The position numbers and the translations under genes are program-made. Shown in pieces: positions 19,592 through 29,843 of a DNA stretch of 64,000 bases; positions within the stretch are counted from its first letter, which is position 1, and every line of letters begins with the position of its first letter. The notes below the pieces were generated by a model that was not told the DNA's origin, did no database searches, and saw only the letters and a list, made by a program, of their open reading frames with translations. The DNA comes from a bacterium (GTDB taxonomy: Bacteria > JADJOY01): positions 142,370 through 206,369 of the forward strand of contig JAXLQJ010000002.1 in the NCBI GenBank assembly GCA_046331705.1. Reading direction: 5' to 3'.

Positions 19592-20193
19592 ACGCCAGCG
19601 AGCCCGACGACGACCGATCGACCCCGCACCAGCCAGCGAGTCCCGAGGTGGTGCGCGTCTTGGTCGAGAACCACCGCCAGTTCCTGGCGTTCCTCGAGCG
19701 GCGCGTCGGCTCGCGGGCGATCGCCGAGGACATCCTGCAGGATGCGTTCGTGCGCAGCATCGACAAGGCCGGCACGCTCCGCGACGGCGAGGCGGCGACC
19801 GCCTGGTTCTACCGATTGCTGCGCAACGCGCTCGTCGATCACGTCCGGCGTCGCGACAGCGAGCGGCGCGCGCTCGAGCGAGCGGCCACCGAGCCCGAGC
19901 CCCCCGAGGATCGGGAGCTCTTCGACACCGTGTGCCGGTGCGTGACGAGTCTCGTGGACACCCTCAAGCCCGAGTACGCGGACGCCATCCGCAGCGTCGA
20001 CATCGACGGTCACGGCGTGCGCGATTGGGCGACGGCGAGCGGCATCTCGCCCAACAACGCGAGCGTCCGGCTGCACCGCGCACGCCAAGCGCTCAAGCGC
20101 CAGCTCGAGCGCACCTGTGGAACCTGCGCCACCCACGGTTGCCTCGACTGCCACTGCGACGCGGCGCCGCAGCGCTGTCATCCCTCGACCTGA
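19588..20193 (+). CDS. CorE-like metal-responsive ECF sigma factor with Cys-rich C-terminus
   Basis: Sigma2 (AEDILQDAF, AWFYRLLRN) and sigma4 (VRLHRAR); linker CRC; C-terminal CGTCATHGCLDCHC. Confidence 0.85.
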   Translation: MNASEPDDDRSTPHQPASPEVVRVLVENHRQFLAFLERRVGSRAIAEDILQDAFVRSIDKAGTLRDGEAATAWFYRLLRNALVDHVRRRDSERRALERAATEPEPPEDRELFDTVCRCVTSLVDTLKPEYADAIRSVDIDGHGVRDWATASGISPNNASVRLHRARQALKRQLERTCGTCATHGCLDCHCDAAPQRCHPST

Positions 20194-20319
20194 GTCGCGC
20201 CGCCGCTCGGCCGGGTGTAAGGGGCGAGCGTGTCGTGCGTCAGCAGGGTCGGAGCCCGGCGAGGTCGGCGCCCGAATGGTCGGTCGCGAGAACCATCCAG
20301 CCCCGCTCCGGAGACGCCC

Positions 20320-20496
20320 ATGAACGCCCAAACCACCACCTCACGTTGCCGCTGCGCGTCCTGCCACGGCGAGGATCGCCACTGTGGCGAGACCGCGGCC
20401 TCGTCGCGCCCTTCACGAACCGAAGGCCAGCCCGCGCGCTGCTGCTGCGGCCCGCGCTGTGGCTGCGGCGAGCGGTGCGATTGCGCGCCCGCCTGA
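20320..20496 (+). CDS. Metallothionein-like small Cys-rich protein (58 aa)
   Basis: 11 Cys and 2 His in CxC/CCC clusters; GGAGA RBS; followed by an 11-bp hairpin at 20511-20535. Confidence 0.65.
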   Translation: MNAQTTTSRCRCASCHGEDRHCGETAASSRPSRTEGQPARCCCGPRCGCGERCDCAPA

Positions 20497-20680
20497 GGCC
20501 TCGCCGCGCCCGCGGGCCTCGTCGCGAGGCCCGCGAGCGTGGGTCTTCCCTCACTCGGCGGCGACGCCGTCGTCCCGCCGACGCGTGCCGCGCCAACCGC
20601 GGTGCGCGTTGGCGCCAACGCACGGATGCGATCCGTGCGCGAATTTCACGAAATGTCGCGCGCCACCGTCAACGCGTCGA

Positions 20681-20695
20681 TGGCACTCGCCTTGC
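20681..20695 (+). promoter_or_regulatory. Sigma54 (-24/-12) promoter
   Basis: Consensus TGGCAC-N5-TTGC, 60 bp upstream of the ORF at 20756. Confidence 0.7.
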
Positions 20696-20755
20696 GAAGC
20701 CCCCGTTCCACGCGAACCAGCAGCGCTCGTTCACCACACCAATCAGGGGGGATCG

Positions 20756-21175
20756 ATGGGACGTTCGAAGAACTGGATGAAGAGTCTCGGCGCAGGTTTC
20801 TTGCTCGCGACGGGCCTGGCGGCCTCGCCCGGCGAGTGCCCGCCACCGCTGCCCTACCCGTCGTCGTTCGTCGCTTGCGATTGCCACGGCGACATCTCGG
20901 TCGGCTACACGGGACACAGTCACATCGTCACGCAGACCTACACGTGCAACGGCGGCCCGCGCGACGGCTGGGTCGACCTCTACCGCGTCAACTACGGCGG
21001 CTCGTCGACCCACGTCGGCTACTGCTCGTTTTCCGCACCTGGCTTCGGGGTGCCCGCGCAGCCGTGCAGCATCGAGGATTGGAACTCGGGCGACTACTAC
21101 ACCGCGAGCATCGGCGTTTACTACGACGGCAACGGATGCGGTGGTCTCTACAACGACGCCGCCGACTCGCCCTGA
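20756..21175 (+). CDS. Secreted Cys/Tyr/Gly-rich small protein
   Basis: Signal-like N-terminus, 7 Cys, beta-rich; AGGGGGG RBS. Confidence 0.7.
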   Translation: MGRSKNWMKSLGAGFLLATGLAASPGECPPPLPYPSSFVACDCHGDISVGYTGHSHIVTQTYTCNGGPRDGWVDLYRVNYGGSSTHVGYCSFSAPGFGVPAQPCSIEDWNSGDYYTASIGVYYDGNGCGGLYNDAADSP

Positions 21176-21215
21176 CGCACTCGCTTCTCGCGCCGTCGCC
21201 CTGGTATAGGATGGC

Positions 21216-21397
21216 GGCGCGGCGGCGCTCCCTCGAGCCGGCAGCCTGCGCTTTCGAGCACGAGGCGCCTCCGCGGGGTTACCCCGCGGCATGAATCCCA
21301 CCTGGGCATCCCATCGCGCGATGCCAAGTGCGCGCGGCAAGCCGCACGCACGTCTCATCGCGCACGACGAGTCTCGTCGAGGAAGCGCCGCCGCGCC
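21216..21397 (+). ncRNA. Retron msr-msd-like non-coding RNA
   Basis: 21-bp inverted repeat with 1 mismatch (21216-21236 / 21377-21397); AGC at 21236-21238; hairpins at 21244-21266 and 21271-21289; long imperfect hairpin at 21316-21363; lies just upstream of a retron-type RT. Confidence 0.8.
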
Positions 21398-21436
21398 TCT
21401 CGCGCACCCCGGGCGACGCGCCCGCGCACCCGCCGC

Positions 21437-22798
21437 ATGAACGGCGCCGACCACGCGGCGAAGGCGCTCGCGGACGCGCTGCTCGCCGGGGAGTGGACGC
21501 TGCTCGCCTTGCGCGCTCGCGCCAGCGAGCTCTTCGATCGGCGGGTCCGCTGGCTCGATCCGGTGCTTCGCGCGGTGCTCCGGACGTATCCCGCGGCGCC
21601 CCGCGATGCGCGCGACTCGCTCGCGCGTTTCCTGGCACCCGGCTTGGAGCGCATCCGGGCACGGCTCGATCCGCCGCGGCTACCGGCGATTCGCCATCGG
21701 CTGATCGACGAGCCCGCCATGGCCGAGGCGAGGCGCTGGCCGGTTCCGACGATCGCGACCTCGAGCGCGCTGGCGGCGTGGCTCGGCGTCACGCCGGCCG
21801 AGCTCGACTGGTTCGCCGATCGACGCGGCACGGCGGCGCGCTCGTCGAGCCCCGGCTTGCGCCACTATCGTTACCGCTGGCTCGCCAAACGCTCGGGTGG
21901 TTGGCGCTTGCTGGAGATTCCGCGACCGCGGCTGCGCGCCATCCAGCGACGAATCCTCGCCGAGATCCTGAATCACATCCCACCCCACGTCGCCGCGCAC
22001 GGCTTTCGCCGCGGGCACTCGGCGCTCGGCCACGCGTCGCTGCACGCCGGCCGCGCGGTGGTGATCCGCGTCGACGTGGAGGACTTCTTCCCTTCGATCG
22101 CCGCAGGTCGCGTCCACGGCGTGTTTCGCGCGGCCGGCTATCCGGAGGAGGTGGCCCGCGTGCTCACCGCCCTCACCACCCATCGCGCGCCGCCGGGGCT
22201 CGCGCGCGAGGCAAGCGCACGCCACGCCGCCGCACACCCGTGCGATGGCACCCACCCGCTTCGACAGCGTGAGGGCTGGCGGGCCGCGCGTCGGCTCGCG
22301 AGCGCCCATCTCCCTCAGGGCGCGCCCACGTCCGCGGCGCTCGCGAACCTCTGCGCGTTCGGGATGGACGTGCGGCTCTCGGCCCTGGCGAGTGAATGCC
22401 GTGGCCGCTACTCGCGCTATGCCGACGACCTGGCGTTCTCGGGCGACTCCGAGCTCGCGCGCGGCGCCGCGCGGCTGCTGCCGCGGATCGCCGCGATCAT
22501 CGCGGACGAGGGATTCCGTCCCAATCTGCGCAAGACCCGCGTTCTGCGCTCCAGCGCGCGCCAGCGCTTGGTGGGGCTCACGATCAACGCGCGCCCGAAC
22601 GTCGCACGCCACGAACGCGACCGCCTCGAGGCGATCCTCACCAACTGCGTCCGGCACGGCCCGGCGACGCAGAATCGGGCGAATCACCCGGACTTTCGCG
22701 CGCACCTCGAAGGCCGCGTCGCCTGGGTGGGCTCGGTGAACCCACGCCACGAAGCACGCCTGCGCGCACTCCTGGACGCCGTCGACTGGAGCTGCTGA
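21437..22798 (+). CDS. Retron-type reverse transcriptase
   Basis: KRSGGWRLLEIP, AHGF, HASLH (NAxxH-like), DVEDFFPSI, LPQGAPTS, YSRYADD, QRLVGL (VTG-like). Confidence 0.93.
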   Translation: MNGADHAAKALADALLAGEWTLLALRARASELFDRRVRWLDPVLRAVLRTYPAAPRDARDSLARFLAPGLERIRARLDPPRLPAIRHRLIDEPAMAEARRWPVPTIATSSALAAWLGVTPAELDWFADRRGTAARSSSPGLRHYRYRWLAKRSGGWRLLEIPRPRLRAIQRRILAEILNHIPPHVAAHGFRRGHSALGHASLHAGRAVVIRVDVEDFFPSIAAGRVHGVFRAAGYPEEVARVLTALTTHRAPPGLAREASARHAAAHPCDGTHPLRQREGWRAARRLASAHLPQGAPTSAALANLCAFGMDVRLSALASECRGRYSRYADDLAFSGDSELARGAARLLPRIAAIIADEGFRPNLRKTRVLRSSARQRLVGLTINARPNVARHERDRLEAILTNCVRHGPATQNRANHPDFRAHLEGRVAWVGSVNPRHEARLRALLDAVDWSC

Positions 22799-22855
22799 GC
22801 GCCGCGCTCCGGCGCCCCTGGCTCTCCCACGAAGGGGCTCCACCCGGAACGAGCT

Positions 22856-25198
<2,343 letters not shown>

Positions 25199-25202
25199 GG
25201 CT

Positions 25203-25529
25203 TCACTCCGCCTCCATGGTGAGCAGGAGCGGCATGCCCGCTTCCCGTGCCAGCTTGGTCGCGACCTCGAGCTTGGTCTCGGCGATGTCGCGGATGTAGA
25301 CGCCCGCGACACCGACTCCCTTGGTGTGCACGTGCAGCATGATCGCGGTCGCCTCCGTGAAGTCCTTGCGGAAGACCTCCATCAAGAGGTGCACCACGAA
25401 TTCCTGGGTGGTGTAGTCGTCGTTGTGCAGCAGCACCTTGTAGAGGCGCGGCTTCTGGGTCTTGGCGCGTTCGCGCAGCGCGAGCTCTTCGTCGCGCTCG
25501 ATCTCGGGCGGGCGTTGGTTTTCACTCAT
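25203..25529 (-). CDS. clpS: Clp protease adaptor ClpS
   Basis: YKVLLHNDDYTTQEFVV, MLHVHTKG. Confidence 0.97.
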   Translation of the reverse strand: MSENQRPPEIERDEELALRERAKTQKPRLYKVLLHNDDYTTQEFVVHLLMEVFRKDFTEATAIMLHVHTKGVGVAGVYIRDIAETKLEVATKLAREAGMPLLLTMEAE

Positions 25530-25659
25530 GATGAATGCGTGTGGCGGGAATCCGGAGCGTGCGTTCGAGCACGCTTTTCTTCGCTGGAGCCATGGTACCG
25601 CCCGCGTTCGCGGGGTGCCAAGGGACTCACGCGGGGCTCACGCGAGCCTCGCGCGTTGC

Positions 25660-26661
25660 TCACGCGCGCGGCGACGCATCGAGCGACTCCATCTCGAGCG
25701 CCTCGCCCGTCGCCGCGGTGCGCGCGAACGTGGCCGCGAAGAACCGACCCACGAACGGCGCTCCCAGCAGCACCAGCAGCACGGGGCCGACGAACGAGAG
25801 CACCAACCCGGCGGCGGCGAGCGTCTCGGCACGTCCGTAGGGAGCGAAGAGCAGCAGCATCCCGAGCTCCCGCGTGCCGATGCCGGAGAGCGTGACGGGC
25901 AGGTTCGCGAGCAGAATCACGAGCGGCGTGCGCACCAGCGCGTCGACGAGCGGCACCGACGCTCCCAGCGCGTGAAGACAGAGCGCGAACGAGACCCCCT
26001 CGGCGAGCGCTTGGAGCGCGGAGACGCCGAGGAAGCCGAGCCGCACCCCGACCGAGAGCCGCGACACCGCGCCGACGAGATCGCGCACGAATCGCCCGAG
26101 CCTGCCCGGAATCCGCTCGAGCGCCCGCGCCAGCCAGGCAGGTGCGGCCCGCGCCAGCAACAACGGCCCGAGCGCGAGCAGCACCACGATCGCGACGCTC
26201 GCTCGTCCACCGAGCGGCGCCCACAGCAAGCCGGCGGCGCCGAGCGTCACCAGCGCCACGATGTTGGCGAGCTTGTCGAAGAGCACCGCCCACGCGCCAA
26301 CGGCCGGAGGCACGCCGTGCACGCGCTCGAGATAGACCACCTTGAAGATCTCGCCCGACTTGAGCGGCAACGTGAAGCGCAGCGGCTGGCACCCGAGCCA
26401 GATCACCAGCGTGTCGCGAAGCGAGAGCTCGAAGCCCAGGTGGCGCAGGATGCGGCGCCACTTCTCCGCCGGCACGAGCGCGTGGAGGATCGCGTTCCAC
26501 GCCACCAGCAGCGTGGCGGCCGCGGGGTCCACGAGGGCAAGCGCTTCTCCCAGGCGACGCACGCCCACGCGCGACGCGACGAACCCGAGCATCGCCGCGG
26601 TCGCCACCGCCGAGATCGCCACGCGGGCGACGCGACGGCGGCGCTCGAGCGCTTGCGTCAA
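25660..26661 (-). CDS. Lysylphosphatidylglycerol synthase TM-domain (flippase-like, UPF0104) protein
   Basis: KWRRIL, LPLKSGE, LPVTLSGIGTRE; multiple TM helices; TTGA overlap. Confidence 0.8.
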   Translation of the reverse strand: MTQALERRRRVARVAISAVATAAMLGFVASRVGVRRLGEALALVDPAAATLLVAWNAILHALVPAEKWRRILRHLGFELSLRDTLVIWLGCQPLRFTLPLKSGEIFKVVYLERVHGVPPAVGAWAVLFDKLANIVALVTLGAAGLLWAPLGGRASVAIVVLLALGPLLLARAAPAWLARALERIPGRLGRFVRDLVGAVSRLSVGVRLGFLGVSALQALAEGVSFALCLHALGASVPLVDALVRTPLVILLANLPVTLSGIGTRELGMLLLFAPYGRAETLAAAGLVLSFVGPVLLVLLGAPFVGRFFAATFARTAATGEALEMESLDASPRA

Positions 26662-28781
26662 CGGCGCGCCATGCGCCGCCGTGGACCGATCGCGAGCAGC
26701 AGCGCTGCACCGGCGAACGTGCACGCGGCGGCTGCCCGCGACTCGCGCGGCTCGCTCGCGATCGCGCAACCGCCGCCGTGTCTCGCGCGCGGCGCCGCCA
26801 CCGTCACCTCGCGAGTGGCGGGGCTCGGGTCGGCGGCCCCGAGGCCGTCGCTGCAGAGCAGCCGCACCACGAAGGCGCCGACGTGATCGAACCTCACGTT
26901 GCCGGGGTTCGCGGCGGTGCTGGGGGCGATCGCGGGATCGCCGAAATCCCACTGGAACGCGAGCCCGTCGAGCCCCTCGGGATCGTTGCAGCTGCCCGCG
27001 AAGGAGACCGCGCTCCCGACCTCGACGGTGACGTCGCTCGCCGGAGTCTCGATCACGGCGTTCGGCGGCACGTTGAGCCGGGTCGCCGCAGCGAGCGCAT
27101 CCACGCGCCCGAACCCGTAGGTCGCGTCGAAGCCGGTGTCGCCGAGATCGACGCTGCTCGCGCGCAGCGCGGCGCCGACCTCGCTCGGCGTGTGGAGGCC
27201 GCCGATCACGAGCGCCGCCACTCCCGCCACGTGCGGCGCCGCCGCCGAGGTGCCGTAGAACGGCGTCGGGAAGCCGCCCGCCCCCGTCACCGCGACGCCG
27301 TCCACCGCGACCACGTCCGGCTTGGGCCGCGAGTCCTGCGCGGGGAAATAGATCAGCGACGGACCGCGCGAGCTGAACGACTCGATGTCGTCGTTGCCCG
27401 GGTCGCCTGCCGCGATCGCGCCGGCGGCGAGAACGCCCGCGACCGCCGGATGACCGACGACGCTCCCGTCGGCGACGTTGTGCTCGTGGGAGGCCAGGTC
27501 GCCGGAGAGGAAGAGCTCCAGCCGGCGCGCTTCACCGGCGAACCTCACCACCGCGAGCTTGACCGTGAGGGCGCGGCCGAGCGGGTTCGTGAACGCCAGC
27601 GCCTCGAACGGGTCGGAGCGCCCCGTCTGACGCGCCTGACTGGCGAACAGGATGCGGTCCTCGTCCGCGTTGAGAAGGACCAGATCGTAATCGTTGGCCG
27701 AGCCGCCGAACGGATCGTTCCACTCCAGGAAGGCGTTGAAGGTGCCGCCCGCGGGGACGGTCACGTCCAGCGTGGTGTCGCTGGCGCCTCCCAGCGACGC
27801 ACCGAAATCCTGCTCCGCGAGCGGCACGCCGGCGTCGTCCACGAAGTGGTCCGTCGCGCCCACGAACTCGGCCTCGTAATGATCGAGCGCTTCGTTGCCC
27901 GCGGCGGACACGTAGACCACGCCCGCAGCGACCGCCTCCCGCACCGCCGTCGCGACGGCGCCGTCCTCGAAATAGGGCTCGCCGAAGAAGCCCAGATCGT
28001 CGACGATCACGTTGGCGCCGAACCGCTCGCGCAACTCCGCGACGCAATCGACGAACGCGAGCGTCGTGAGGCCGCTGCAGAAGGCGAGGCGCGCGTCCGG
28101 CGCGAGGTCGTGGACGATCTCGAGCATCGCCGTGCCCTCGTTGCAGGTCGACTGGCTGACGGCGGGATCGCACTCGCTCAGCACCGTCACGTCGTCCGGC
28201 AGGTCACCGCTCGCGATCGCCGCAGCGCGCGCGTTGGCGCCGTCGGAGATCACGCCCACCCGCGCGCCGGCGCCGCTCGCCCCGAGCGCCCGCAGCTCCT
28301 CGGCGCGCAACACCCCGTCGCCCGCCGTGCTCACGCTCCCGGCGCGCACCGTCGCGTAGCTCGGCGGCGCGAGGCTCTCGACGTCGGCGAGCGCGGCGAG
28401 CTCCGCCAATCGGCTCGCGGGGACGCGCGCCTGGACCAAGCCGGCGCGCGGATTCCGGTGCTCGACGGTGGCGCCGACGGCGACGAGCGTGGCGGCGAGC
28501 GCATCCACCGAGCCCGCGGCGCGAACGTAGACCTGCACGCGATCGGCCGCATCGAAGCGCGCCGCGCCAGCTCCCCGCGCGCTACCCCGCCCGGCCAGCG
28601 CCGCCCGCAGCCGCTCGTCGATCTTTCCCGCGGCGCCGCTCGCGCGCCTTCCCTCGCCGAGCACACGGCTGAGCTCCGCGCGCACCCCGGGGTCCGCGGC
28701 GTGCGCGAGGCTGCTGGCGGCGACGGCCGCCAGCAGCACGATCGAGCCAATACGTGACGGACGCGACCGTCCCAGCTCCAC
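26658..28781 (-). CDS. S8 (subtilisin-like) serine peptidase with PKD domain and C-terminal sorting-like tail
   Basis: VGVISDG, EGTAMLEIVHD, SAAGN, GTSAAAPH; WDFGD PKD; GGGC + hydrophobic + Arg-rich end. Confidence 0.9.
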   Translation of the reverse strand: MELGRSRPSRIGSIVLLAAVAASSLAHAADPGVRAELSRVLGEGRRASGAAGKIDERLRAALAGRGSARGAGAARFDAADRVQVYVRAAGSVDALAATLVAVGATVEHRNPRAGLVQARVPASRLAELAALADVESLAPPSYATVRAGSVSTAGDGVLRAEELRALGASGAGARVGVISDGANARAAAIASGDLPDDVTVLSECDPAVSQSTCNEGTAMLEIVHDLAPDARLAFCSGLTTLAFVDCVAELRERFGANVIVDDLGFFGEPYFEDGAVATAVREAVAAGVVYVSAAGNEALDHYEAEFVGATDHFVDDAGVPLAEQDFGASLGGASDTTLDVTVPAGGTFNAFLEWNDPFGGSANDYDLVLLNADEDRILFASQARQTGRSDPFEALAFTNPLGRALTVKLAVVRFAGEARRLELFLSGDLASHEHNVADGSVVGHPAVAGVLAAGAIAAGDPGNDDIESFSSRGPSLIYFPAQDSRPKPDVVAVDGVAVTGAGGFPTPFYGTSAAAPHVAGVAALVIGGLHTPSEVGAALRASSVDLGDTGFDATYGFGRVDALAAATRLNVPPNAVIETPASDVTVEVGSAVSFAGSCNDPEGLDGLAFQWDFGDPAIAPSTAANPGNVRFDHVGAFVVRLLCSDGLGAADPSPATREVTVAAPRARHGGGCAIASEPRESRAAAACTFAGAALLLAIGPRRRMARR

Positions 28782-28782
28782 G

Positions 28783-29409
28783 TCAGCCCGCCGTCACCTG
28801 AGTCGCACCCGACCACGCCGGCAGCGCCGCGAGCTTCGCGTACCAGCGACGCACCTCGGCATAGGGCTCGAGCGGGAGCTCGGCGGCGGTGGCGTAGATG
28901 AAGCAGGAGCCCACGGCGAAGTCGGCCAGGGTCACGTCCTTGCCCACGATCCACTCGCGCCCGCGCAGATGCCCGTCGAGAACCGCGGCGAAGCGCTGAT
29001 AGCGCTCGAGCGCCGGCTTCACCAAGGCGTCGTCGGCGGGTCCGCCGCCCACCATCCCCTTCACCATGCGCTCGTACTGCACCGTCCCCACCGCCGCGCC
29101 GAGATGCGCGAGCTGCCAGAACATCCACCGGTTGATGTCGGCCTGCACCTTCGGATCCGCCGGGTAGAGCGTGTTCCCCGGCTTCTTCGAGCACAGGTAC
29201 TGCATGATCGCGTTCGACTCCCACAGCACGAAGTCCCCGTCCTCGAGCGTGGGGATCATGTGGTTGGGGTTCTTCTGCACGAACGACGGGGCGAGCTGAG
29301 CGCCCTTCGACAGGTCGATGAACTCGGAGTCCGAGCTCAGTCCCAGCTGGTTCATGACGGCGACGACCTTCATGGCGTTGTTCGACATCGGGAACGTGTA
29401 GAGCTTCAT
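28783..29409 (-). CDS. Glutathione S-transferase family protein
   Basis: NPNHMIPTLED, LWESNAI, TLADF. Confidence 0.92.
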   Translation of the reverse strand: MKLYTFPMSNNAMKVVAVMNQLGLSSDSEFIDLSKGAQLAPSFVQKNPNHMIPTLEDGDFVLWESNAIMQYLCSKKPGNTLYPADPKVQADINRWMFWQLAHLGAAVGTVQYERMVKGMVGGGPADDALVKPALERYQRFAAVLDGHLRGREWIVGKDVTLADFAVGSCFIYATAAELPLEPYAEVRRWYAKLAALPAWSGATQVTAG

Positions 29410-29843
29410 GCGCGATCTCTCCTGGCGGGCTCGGGCCCGGCTGCGTCGAGGGGAGGACGGCAGAGGGTAACAGCGCGCCCCTCGGGAGTCTCGCCGCAGG
29501 CGTGCCCCGCGGCGACTGCGCCCGCGCGCGCCCGGGCCCGCCGCTCGATCCGCCGGAATCACCCGAGCCGAAACGCGGCGCAGCGCCTCGTTCGCGGCAT
29601 TTCCGGCGCGTCCGCGGCGCGAGTCGAATTGTCACGAACGGAATCTCGTTTACACCGATCGCGATACGGCGATACGATCGTTCGTGCGTTGATTATCACG
29701 ACAAGTCGCCCACCCCACCCGAGCCGCGCGCGGCAGGCATCCGCGCGCTTCTCGATGCGCGCGCGTCCGGTGCGAGTCGGGAAGGCTCGCGCGAGCGCGC
29801 CGCCGCCGGGAGGCGACGTGTCGAACCCCCGACTGGAGCCACC

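Noticed and set aside
21437-22798. Group II intron, DGR or CRISPR-associated RT
   Set aside because: No maturase/HNH domain or intron domain V/VI seen, no TR/VR pair or avd, and no cas1. Motifs and upstream RNA fit a retron.
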